Shown piece after piece: positions 1 through 11,438 of a stretch of DNA of 64,000 nt. The notes below the pieces were generated by a model. The model saw only the letters and a program-made list of their open reading frames with translations. It did no database searches and was not told where the DNA came from. The stretch is from Nemertoderma westbladi. Taxonomy: Eukaryota > Animalia > Xenacoelomorpha. A program made the translations under genes and the position numbers. Within the stretch, counting starts at the first letter, position 1; the number at the start of each line of letters is the position of its first letter. The stretch covers positions 1 to 64,000 of the forward strand of contig JAUCBJ010002048.1 of assembly GCA_032718475.1 (NCBI GenBank), given 5' to 3'.

Positions 1-699
1 AAAGTCCTCAGCAAGTCTCTGATCGGATGAGCATAAGCTCAAAGGATGGTATGCTTGAGCATGTGGACGACTTCTGTTACCTGGGATCATGGATCCGGAA
101 GTCAGGTGAGGACCTTCGAATACGTAAGGGAAAGGCATGGGCAGCCTTGAATAGGCTTTCCAGGATTTGGAAGTCACCGAGAATTAATCGGAAACTTAAG
201 GTCCGATTATTTAGAGCAGCAGTAGTTCCAGTACTCCTCTACGGGAGTCCATGCTGGGCTCTAACTGCTGAGGACACCAAATCTCTGGATGGCACATTCA
301 CAAGAATGCTACGCCGGGTTCATTGTGTCAAGTACAATGCACACATCTCCAACCAGGCACTATATAACATTGGAGGTGTCTCATTGGTTCCCCCAAGCTT
401 GACACTAGAACAAAATCGCCTCCGCTTTGCAGGACATTGCTTTCGCCGTGAGGACCAGCCAGTGCATAATCTTGTACTTTGGCAGCCTCATGGAGTGAAT
501 AAGCATGGTGGACAGCCCATGACTTTCTTGAGAAGCATCTTAAAGGACACTGGCCTTAAAGATGCGGATGATCTAGCAAATGTCATGGGTGATAGGGAGT
601 TGTGGCGGTGCAATTTTGTTGACAAGCCGGCACAGCATTCTTAAAAATGCAGCTGCAATGCAGCATGCCGATCCTACTACTACTACTACTACTACTACT
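1..699 (+). mobile_element. RTE-clade LINE, 3' part (RT C-terminus, ORF 27-644) ending in a (CTA)n tract
   Basis: Motifs 'DFCYLGSWI', 'LFRAAVVPVLLYG..CW', 'RLRFAGHC' are typical of RTE ORF C-termini; (CTA)n at 674-699; same family as the copies at 42307-42715 and 57651-60600. Confidence 0.85.
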
Positions 700-949
700 C
701 AGTCTGGAGTCAGTCAGTCAGGGTCTGGCATCTCTGGGTCTGGGTCTGGCTCTGGGTCTGGTATCAGGGGTCTGGTGATGTCTGGTATCTGGACGATGGA
801 AATGTTGCAGATGACTCCAGTGTGGTCCTACGTGATCTTCGGCGGATCACTGAGGAAGGGAGGATAGTAGGTTTAGAATAATAAAGCCTGGGAAGAGCAA
901 AGTGTTCCTCCTGGGGCCTGAGACGGGGGAGTTGTGAGCCTGGATCCAG

Positions 950-1570
950 TCAGAGTTCACTGCCTTCTATCCGGGAATTCGAGATTCCCCTCTATACCAA
1001 CTCACTATGCTGGGCGCACCAATAGGTGACTCCACAATAGAATCCTGCCTCAGAGATAAGGTTAGTGAATGGATGGCCTGAAGTTGGTGTCATGAGGCCC
1101 GGGCCACACCCTCACCTGGGATGCCACAGTTGTTGACCCCCTCGCTCCAAGCTACATCCAGCAAACGATTGTAGCTGGTGGTCGGACTGCAGAATGGATG
1201 GCGAGGGAGAAGCACCAGACACACCGGGAGGTGATGGAGCGGGGACACCTTTTCCACCTAGTTGCACTTGAGACCTTTTCGCCAACCTGGTCAGGAGGCA
1301 GCCGCCTTCCTCCGCGAGCTAGGGTCCCGCCTCCACGCCATCACCCACTAGCCCTGATCGCGCCAGTTTCTCCTCCAGAGGATTGAGGTCGCCATTGTGA
1401 TCGGGAATGCCGCCTCCATCATGTGACAGGATCCCCGAGTTGGCGAGGAGATCCCGACCGGGTTTTGTCTTGGTTTGATACGCGTCGCCACGTCCGCTTA
1501 CTGTGGCTGGAGAACTGAAAGGCCAAAGGCCGATGTAATAACAGAGTTTTGATGTTAATGTTGTTAATAT
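950..1570 (+). mobile_element. Internally deleted remnant of a CRE-like (RLE) non-LTR retrotransposon
   Basis: Translates to 'LTMLGAPIG' and 'TWDATVVDPLAPSY...VALETF', matching the RT end and RLE domain of the element at 47108-51240; contains stops and deletions. Confidence 0.7.
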
Positions 1571-2054
1571 CGGATAAGTATACAAGTACCGGTAGTATAG
1601 CACAATCAGAAATCACACTGACAGCAGTAACGGTTGAAAACCATTCGACTTCTGCCCGCACCCAATATTACCAACTAAAGCACAATTGGCACAGTAACGG
1701 TTATATATGGTAGATGCTAAATTCACTCCACAGACTTGACATCTTCAATAGGCACCAGGGCTTCATCCATTGGATGTTGCCATGTAAACTAGCTCCACCT
1801 ACTTAACATAAATCAGCTGATTCTTTGTTCATTCGACAGCAGTAGTATGTAGTACTACCGGTAGGTTTGATTTGATTACACAATTACCAATTACCGTACT
1901 GAATTAGGCCTACAACATGAAGTAAGTGAGTCTGCTAGTATACAGGTATATTTGCAGATGCGAGCGCGATGCCTAGCCTGCATGTACGGGTGCCACGGTG
2001 CTGCACCCACCATCAGACCCCAGGTTGGAATTTATGTAGAGTTTGCTCAACATG

Positions 2055-2176
2055 TGTGGCGCGGATTAAGGATCCTGGCGCGTAGTGACAGGGGCGTGTG
2101 GCGCGGATTAAGGATCCTGGCGCGTAGTGGCAGGTGCGTGTGGCGCGCATTGAGGATCCTGGCGGTCCTGGCGCGA
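2055..2176. repeat. ~42-bp tandem repeat, 3 copies (GTGTGGCGCGGATTAAGGATCCTGGCGCG core)
   Basis: Direct inspection. Confidence 0.8.
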
Positions 2177-3365
2177 ATATGGATGTAGGGTTAGGTTAGG
2201 ACAGTAGGAGGTAGCGTAGCAGAGCAGTGCACTGGCAACACATCCCACTCTACAGCTCTATTTGAAATTATTTTATAGGTTTAAAAAGATTGAAAAATGT
2301 CCGCTCGCTTCGCTCGCGTTTATACTGTAAACCTACTCTTAGCACAGTCTGGCTGTGGACAAATGGAAACAGACGGATTGAGCATGACCATTAAAAACAT
2401 GACTTGTTTCAAAAGTTTTTCAATTGTCAGATTCTTCAAACCAATAAAACCATGACAGCCTGCATGATTCAGCAGAATTTCCGTGCTCGCTACGCTCGCC
2501 AACTCGCAATTTAATGACATCTGCATTTGACATTTGAAAACAGTCGCTTTGCCTAAATGCTGAAATGTTAAAATTTTCGTGCTCGCTACGCTCGCATCTT
2601 GATCACATCTGCATTTAAAAACAGTCAGTTGACGTTTACCTACTACTACTACTACTACAACTATACAGTACTCACTATCTGACTATTACTGTCAGACTGT
2701 ATTTATGTTAACATAATCAGATATAATTGGAAAATTTCCTTGCTAGCTACACTCGCATTTTAATGTTAAAATACTGTAGGGCAGTAGGGCTACAGCATTA
2801 TAAACTGATAAATTATTACAATTAAGCAATTACTGCAAAATTTCATAGTCAATTGTTGGCTTGGCGCGCATTTGATAGCATGTCATGGGTGGCGCGATTT
2901 TCGTTTAATCAGAACGCGTGTGGCGCGCTTTTTGTCAGTATTCCATATAGGATCAGACCATCCGAACGGAACTTGCGTATCAGATCAGCAGATAGATATA
3001 CTGATATAGATCGTACCGGAACTGGTAGGCCTACTGCAGTACCGGTCTGCCGGTAGTCAGTCATCAATTTATTTCAGATTTATAGCCTACCGCGCTACCG
3101 GTTAGCCGGTAGTCGTTTTTTTAGTCTTTTAATTACCGGTAACCATTCTGCCGTTGACTCCTCTTTTAGCCCATATGCTGAGCTGATATGCCTATTCTGT
3201 TGTTCATGTATTCTGACATTCAGACATTAGCAATATTTAGGGCCCTAACTCATTTGCTAATTCTTCTATATTCTAATTCGTCTATACTGCTAATTCCTGT
3301 ACAGCTGTAGGCCCTACTCGTAATATTTCAGTATATTATTAATTAATTAGGCCTAATTATTAATT

Positions 3366-4533
3366 ATGTCTGGATCGGGTTGCCCTTGCGCCTCCAAGGA
3401 CCATGTTGAGGCCGTAATTTCGGCGTTTGAGGAAGCTGGTGGCTTCCAGTACACCGTGCGTACCACGTCGGTCCCGTTATCCCAATTCTGGGACCCGGAT
3501 CCGGGTGTGTTCGTCGGTGCGCCATACACGCACTGGATGACACGTGGAATGGGCGGAGTTCCTGACGTCGGCATACCGTTCGTCAGTGTGGCTCGCCAAC
3601 GACGGTTTTGCATATTTGCAAAGGACTACCACGGAAATGTATGTGAACTTTATTATTATATAGTGTTCTTTGTTCTAGAGTTCTACAGCTCTACGAACTA
3701 TTAGTAGTACTATTTATTAGTACCGGTAAAATAATTCTACTAAATCTTACTTTGTAGGCCTATGACACATATATTTATGGTGATTAGGTGATATACAATA
3801 CATGTACCAGATACACGGACACGATACACGTGTACGGTACAGAGTGGTTTGCTATACAAACCTCAATGAATACTGCTCACTGTGATTGATTTAAACACAT
3901 CCTTGAATATTATTCTCAAATTTTAATAATTTATAATAATATAGCCTACTCGACTCACGCAATGCATTGTTTATTCTTTTTTGATATAATAGATAGTATA
4001 ATAATACTATATATAATTATATAGATATAGATAATATAATTAATTCATTATGTTTGCATTGCATTCCTTAGGCCGGCGTCAGGAATAATACGATGAAGGG
4101 GGAATGTAAGTCGGAGATTGAAATCAAGAAAGTTGTTGCGTTCCCCGACATTGCTGTTGGTGGCAACCCCACCAGCAGAATGAAGAGGAAGGCTGCCAGT
4201 GACGTCAAGGAGGTCCTTCGTCTTGGTTCTGTCACCGGGGAGTGCCACTATGGCGATGTTGGGGGCCTAACAGTCTACTGGGTTATGGTCCCCGACGTAC
4301 ATTCCCACGCCGCCCACTTAGTCGGTGATGCGGCCCGTCCATTCCAGCGGACTACGGATGACGTCATGGCCTACATGAAGTCGCAAGTTGCTGCTGGGTT
4401 TTACTCCATTCCCGCACTACGCCGAGCCAACGAGGTCTTCGTGGAGGGAATGGTGTCGGACAGTTCTGAAATTAGTAACCTGAGACTGAAATTGGTAACT
4501 GGGTGCACTAATATGGAACTGGGTGGCAATTAA
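3366..4533 (+). CDS. Two-exon ORF (3366-3638 + 4072-4533, ~244 aa) with a CaRF/ALS2CR8-like (MULE-related) DNA-binding domain
   Basis: Donor AAT|GTATGT at 3639 and acceptor TTCCTTAG| at 4071 join the two ORFs in frame; the product has 'GIPFV...C.F...C...I.IKKV..FP...V.VP...H..H', resembling the CaRF domain. Confidence 0.6.
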
Positions 4534-4650
4534 ATCAAGGTACATAATGTCAAGCAAGTTACGTCATTCAAGTAACTTCAAGTCAAGTGACGTCATGCCA
4601 AGTGCCATAAAGTCAAGTAATGTCAAGGTTGTCAACTCAAATATCATATA

Positions 4651-5250
4651 CATTAAAAGCATAATTGCTCTCGTTCTGTATATCTGATCACCAATTAGAC
4701 ATCTTACAACATTCCACCTGTTATGAACAAATTCATATAATTATCTTTCAGTGTGCTGAACTCTGAACGCTGGTTTAGGAGTATATTCAACGTATAATCT
4801 AACATGAAGTCTAAGACAATGTAGAGTGTAGGCTAGGGCCTACATTATGATATGCCTCAAAGGCAAAGCCTCAAAGGGTTAAAAAGCATAATTGCTCTCG
4901 TTCTGTATATCTGATCACCAATTATACATCTTACAACATTCCACCTGTTCTGAACAAATTCATATATTATCCTTCAGAGTGCTAAACCAGCTGGTTTATG
5001 AGTATATTCAACGCAGTTTTCGTATTCATTAAAACACTCGTTGCGCTCTTCCTGTACATCTTATCATCAAAATATATAACTTACAACATTCCACTCCCGG
5101 TTTAGAACAAAATGATAACTCTTTCAATATGCTACGGTATATCAGGCGGTTTAGGGTTATATATAGTAAACGCAGTACTCGTCTTCATTAAAAGCCTCGT
5201 TGCGCTCGTCCTGTTTTGACTGAGAGTATTTTTCACAAACTTACACTTAC
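4651..5250. repeat. Degenerate direct repeats (~150-230 bp, start motif ATTAAAAGC...GCTCTCGTTCTGTA)
   Basis: Related units start near 4651, 4880, 5027 and 5186. Confidence 0.6.
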
Positions 5251-5981
5251 GACCTTTATAACTATGTAAATTCTCGAAACTGCGCGTGGAACTGCTGATT
5301 TATGGCAGATGGACATATACTGTACAATATAGTTCATACCAAGCTTTTGAGAAAATACCGACAGCGTTACATATACGGCAGGTTGGTTAGAAATAGCTGC
5401 ATTGAAATGGAAATTCTAACCATAATATTCTGTATAAATTTTAATACGACAGATTTCGATAATTATTGACGCCGACTATGCCGTAAGACTATGACTATAT
5501 AACTAAATATAATACTTTATCAGAAGACAGTCTGTAAGTAAGCAATCAGTCTGTGATGTGTAACTGCAAGCCTATTTAATCCCAGCTGTTTATGTTATTA
5601 TTTATACCGTTGTCTTGACAGTGCATCTTAGCAACTAAGCGCCTCCTGTAATTGTATTGGCTGTTACTGCTTTCTACCTTACCCTCAGCTTATGTCGAGT
5701 CTGTGGAGTGAATTTAGCATCACCCGTTATATATTACATGGGACACATTACTACCTAGGTTTGGCTAACCAGTGGATGCGCTATAATTGGACACATGCTG
5801 TCCCTCCATTGGTCGATCTATATCCAGTAAGCAACCGAGGGTGGACTCTCTATAGCGGAGGGGCACTTGTATAATAACTAATAATCACGAACCCCGTCCT
5901 CTTATAATATACACCTAACTCTGCAGTAGTCAGTAGTAGTAGTAATAGTAGTTAGTTAGTGGTAGCGAGTAGAATAAGAGT

Positions 5982-6012
<31 letters not shown>

Positions 6013-6659
6013 TGAGAGGAAGTAGAGTAGAATAAGATACGGATTCATAATTATTTTATCAAACTCATGTACTACTTACTTCAATGTGCCAATTGTAATA
6101 ATAATTAAACATTATCTTATGGGGTTTGGCCCCATAAGATATTATACTGACGTATTTTATATTAATATATCCATGCGAGTAAACAAGAAGTGAAGTAAAT
6201 GTTTATTATTATAGTTTTAGAAATTGAATGATATACCCAAGATAGTGAAATAGATAATATACCAGAAATTGCCATTTGATCAGATATATCAAAGCGGCGT
6301 CTTTAGTATAATACCGTAATAGTATCAATTCACTCTGTTATACAATGTAAATATACTAAATCTATTTATAAATATATTATGAGCCCTACATTGTATATTT
6401 CTCCTACAGGTAGACAATGTAGTATGTTAAAACTTGATATAATTTGGTATAATGTATAACATATTACAAATAAGACTGAGGCAGCTAAACTATATTGCAA
6501 AGAAATCAAATATCCTAAAGTAATATACTAGACCCTCCCTCCACCCTATAAATAGTGTTGACCACCTACCCCACCCACCGCCCTTATTGCTTCATAATAA
6601 TGAAAGATAGTACTGGCGCTCCGGTCACTCTGTTCCCTCCGCTGGGGGGGTTAAGAAGT

Positions 6660-8093
6660 AGGTTTTGACACTATGCAAAATCCGAGCACAGAGTTAGAAG
6701 CGCATTGGATAGGCGAACATTTCTTGCAGTGAAAGTATTTCCATACCTGTTATAGTTTTTGAGATAGTCAGACATGAGTAGCTAAAATTTGATTTTTTTT
6801 TGGTGAAGTCTTATTTCACCGGTACCTATCATCCGAAATATGGATTGTGATATATCGTTAGATGCGGGTCCACTATCTGTACATTCACATTTTTTCAAGA
6901 ATAAAATTCGATCAAGAGTTTTCGAAATATTTTCGAATTACCGGAAGCAGACTTTGGACGACTATATCTCCGGTACCGGTAGGCCTATTGAGTCGAAATT
7001 TTTTTTAATCTACTTGAACACTCCAGTGAATATTTTTTAGTTTGAAAGTTTTGCCCCAAAATGCTCAGAAGTAATTTGGAAAAAACTGATCATTTCGCGA
7101 TCATGATCTTTTGACCCCCTAGAATTTAACTTTTTTATGGTCAAATTTTGGCTACCCCCCCTAATTCGAGGGTGTGGAATCTTTTTGTAATGTTAAGGTT
7201 TTTCATACGGTGAACTCACATGACTTATGGTCTTCGAAATAAAACCGAAAACATGATCATTCCTGATCATGGCCTGATCAAATCACTTTTTGAAAATTTC
7301 GAAATGCTCAAAAGTTGCCCCTTCTTAATAGAAGTCGATTAGTAAAAAAAAAATCGGGGGTCTCAAACAAAGTTTTCGAGAAAATCGGGAAAAACCAAAA
7401 AACATGATCTTTTATGATCAGGAAGCTGATCTCGAGAACCGGTTACCGATCGAGCCACTTTTTTTTAATCAACTCCGAATAGACCATTGAACATTTCTTA
7501 CAATGAATGTTTATTAAAAAAATGCTTAGAGTCGATTTTAAATATACTGATCTTTTCGCGATCATGATCTTGAGTTTTGACCCACTGGACTTGAAACTTT
7601 TTTTATGCCCAAATTTTGGCTACCTCCCATAATTCGAGGGTGAGGAATCTTTTTGTGGTGTAAGTATAAGTTTTTCCATACAGTGAACTCCCAGGACTTG
7701 ATCTTTGAAAAAAAACCGAAAACACGATCTTTTCTGATCGCGGCCTGATCAAATCGCTTTTTGTAAATTTCGAAATGCTCAAAAGTGGCCCCTTCACCAT
7801 AGAAGTCGATTCGTAAAAAAAAAATCGGGGGTCTCAAACAAAGTTTTCGAGAAAATTCTAAAAAACTGAAAAACACGATCTTTAATGATCAGGTATCAGA
7901 TCTCGAGAACCGGTTGTTCGATTGAGCCAATTTTTATTTAATCGACTCAGGGCAGTGTTCTGAACGTTTCCTACAGTAATTGTTTATATCCAAAATGCTT
8001 AGTTACGATTTTACGAAGTCCGATCTTTGCGCGATCATGATCTTGCATTTTGATCAGGAAGAATTCACTTTTTTTAAATCTTTTAACGGGAAT
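6660..8093. mobile_element. Non-autonomous repeat with ~465-bp internal tandem units, left part; interrupted by the BEL/Pao insertion
   Basis: Units with 'CGCGATCATGATCTT' at ~7096, ~7557 and ~8030; the third unit resumes at 26387. Confidence 0.6.
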
Positions 8094-10248
8094 TGTTACG
8101 GTATATGGCGCTGTATCCACATATATTAGTCCGTTATACTGTACGCAATATTAGTCCGTTATACTGTATGTAATATTAGTCCGTTGTGCAGCATAATATT
8201 TTAGATAAGGCATAATAGCGCAGTGATATTTAGATAGGGAAACCAAAACGCCCATATATTTTGAATCCATCCATTTTGTATAATATGTAGCCCTACCTAC
8301 GTAATTTTGTATTAGGATATATGTAGATAGTTCCAGGGTAGCAAGTTTAGTCGGACCCTGGATTTCGTGCTTGCTGATATTAGCTTCAATAGGGCTAGCA
8401 TATAGGGACGCTGTCCTGGCCATTCAGCAGCCAGGGACATGATCCATTACGATATATGGTAATAATTTGAGGTTTGGGCGGCAATAGGGCTACAATCCGG
8501 CCTCCTTATTGGACTAACTGCTTCCAGGTTGGTCTAATGCTAGCGCGGACTGGAGAGCCAATAGGAGAGCGATTGAGTCACCCTATTGCATCACCCCATC
8601 CGGATCACCTATAAATTGGCGGCTTGCCGGTAGAGCTGTACAACAACCCTATACCTTACAATCCACACCCTTATATTTTAGCGTATTTCTGCAATTTGCT
8701 AAATTTTGATTAATTTCTTAAGATGATTTGCTAGTGCGATTATTCTTGATTGTGTTTCTCAATTAATCCCATCGATTACTGCTAATTACAACTGGAACTA
8801 TGATTTCTACCTTTTGTTAATGGTTCTATGTGATTCCTTTCTACGCAATAATCCTAAGGGATTTCTGAGACTGTCAGACTTTGTGATTTGCATGCGCCGC
8901 TACGGTAGCTATTAGCATAATGGAGGGCTAAGGTGCCAGTGGGCGGTGGGCACATCGGGGGGTTGAGCGACTAAGGGAGAGCGGAGGATTCAAAGGCGGG
9001 CAACGCTGGCGGGGGGTCACCGTTGCGGTCGGGCAGTTCACGCTGTGGTATGCAGACCATTCGCCGGTACGGTAATTAAGGGGCTGATGATCCAGGTTTC
9101 GTCTCTATTTAGTATTAGGGGGGCAGGAATCAGGTTAGTTAGGAGTCCTATATGTACCCGGGAGAGGCCTGCACGTATCACAACGTGGAGTGTGAAGTAC
9201 GAATAGTGAGTCGCACAACTGTGGGCTATACAGTAGTTAACTGCATAATTGCGAACTGTGATTGCTGACGCTGATTGGTGTGTTATTGAAGTGTGCCTAC
9301 GATTGTGAATGTTTAGGTAGGTGCCCCCTTTCTTTGATTGATTTCTATTTCTTAGTTACAACAATTAGTTACTGATTAGGTCAAAGTAATACGGCAATTT
9401 AGGCTATTACTAGCGAAACCTGTTGCGTAATAAATTAGAATTACGCATTCTGGAACTCTTAGTAATTAGTACGCTGTTACATATTTGTGACTGTAATTGA
9501 TTAGTAAAAAATTAAGAATTAGTATGCAGCATAGCGGAGAGTAGCTAAGGTAATAATTAGAGTACTGTAAACTATTCACGCTGAGCGGTTATTTGCATTG
9601 GCGGGCAATCAGCTAGATCGCACTATTCGGTACACACAACACGCTAGTAATTTGCTGGCCTAAAGCCAGCTGCAGGCAAGTTTAGACCCAGAGCGGAACT
9701 ATCCACGTAGAGAAAAATACTGTACCATTTTGATTATTTTAAATATTCTCGCATTCACACATTACGATAGGGAACCCCCAGTATTCGCGATTAGAAAAGG
9801 CGTAGGCAATAGCGTGCTTTAATAGTGATAGAATTAGGCGTAAGAATACTCTGAGTGCAAAGCCTCTCGCACTCGTCTTAAGTAAGCTTAGGGAGCTGAC
9901 TCGGGTTTATTGTTTTGGTTATTCCCGCGTGGCTCATAGATTCGAACAGTTAGCTCTCTATCGAGCAATCGGTAGAGAAAGGAACAAGCAATTTTGCAGG
10001 AGCTGTGTAAATTTAGTAAATTATATTAGCGGACGGCAGATAAGCGCCATCTAACGGTAAGTAGCGGTTTGTATTTAGCAACCCTTACAATTTAGCAATA
10101 TCACGCTCCTGATCCCCTTTACTTAACAGTAGAGCAGTCTTTGTGTCTTATTGGTTAGGCGAGAACTTATTAGGTTGGCAGAGGAGTATACGGGTATTTG
10201 TCTGTTCAACAGTTCTGCTGTTAGTATAGAGGTCGCGGTTGTTTATCA
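8094..10248 (+). repeat. 5' LTR (2155 bp)
   Basis: TGTTACGG...GTTTATCA; matches 24276-26381 except ~4 substitutions seen by eye and two indels (13 bp and net 36 bp); TATAAA at ~8611; short tandem repeat at 8122-8185. Confidence 0.95.
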
Positions 10249-10260
10249 GTGATACGTGCA
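10249..10260 (+). promoter_or_regulatory. Putative self-priming primer-binding site (complementary to LTR 9170-9181 and 25339-25350)
   Basis: GTGATACGTGCA directly abuts the LTR end, lacks the tRNA-type TGG start, and is the exact reverse complement of TGCACGTATCAC in the LTR. Confidence 0.7.
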
Positions 10261-11438
10261 TTGGCTGTAGGCAGTAGCGTACAGTAAATAGAGTATTCTT
10301 AGGCTGATTAGTAGTATCACAGTATTAAGTAATAAATTGGAGCACGTGATCGTCTGCTGTAGGCTATAGGCTAGCGTACAGTAAGACATTGAGTATATTC
10401 TTTTAGGCTGTTAGTTTAGATTACTGTATTCACTGGCTGCGTACAATAGTACAGTAGTACATTAGGCTGATTGCTGTTACTGCGTACGGTAGAAGGACAT
10501 TTGTTTGCCGTACCACACACAGTATCAATTAGGCTGTTAGGTTGGTGTACTGTTTTACTTACTGTACTGCATACAGTGGATGTACGGTAGTGCGTTTTGC
10601 TAATTGCGAATACAGCAGTTCCTTAGGCCTTAGGGCAAACAGTAATTAGTAAGTTTTTTGAAAATTTTAGCTAGGTTTGCGAGAATTCAGTTTCGGTCAA
10701 AATTATTTGTAAAATTCTAGAGTTTTGTACCGGTATGTTAGGTAACCGCTTAGTTATTTTATACCATCTGGAGATACATGGCAAGACGGAACTTCTGAGT
10801 TTGGGGTTCGTGTGGGTCTGCGGGTTCGGTTTGCAATCAGCGAAGGGCCTGAATCTTTGGACGCGGACGTGGAATCTCACAGCAAACAAGGTTAGTTGTT
10901 CTGTTGGCACCATTGTGTTTGTGGAAGCAGTAAAAATTACCGGTTGTTTAACTGCGAAGCTGAACTCAATTTATTAGTTAGGATATTTAGGTTTAGCCGG
11001 CCATGGTTTTTTTGAATCGCTCAAGTTAGAGAGAGAGTTAGAGAGAGTCGCAACCCGAAGATGTAGCCACGCGCTAGTGGATACATATAATATTTGAAAC
11101 TAAAATTACGTTGATTAGAGCTATATATATATAAAATTAGAAATATTCGGGCGGCAAGTATATTTTGAATATTTTGTATTAGATTCAGAGTTATTTTGTG
11201 CTATACCGGTATTTAATGCTATATAATAGCTATATAATAATATTTTTGTTTAAATATTGTGCTAGTATTTGCTATAACTATATACCCCATTAAATTCACA
11301 ATATTGCATTGCGAATTTATTTGACATTTGGACCAACTGATTATTTGACAAATAATTTGACCGTATTTCGGTTAAATTATAATCATATCTCGAACCTTTG
11401 CGAGATATTTTTGCCGGAAGGCAAACATTATTTAGACT

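Noticed and set aside
8151-8423. Identical 90-aa antisense ORFs at 8151 and 24333
   Set aside because: Identity simply reflects LTR duplication; no recognisable domain
9084-9133. Hammerhead ribozyme in the LTR (CTGATGA ~85 nt upstream of the putative self-primer)
   Set aside because: No correctly placed GAAA core on the same strand; the segment folds as a simple hairpin (CTGAT/ATCAG)
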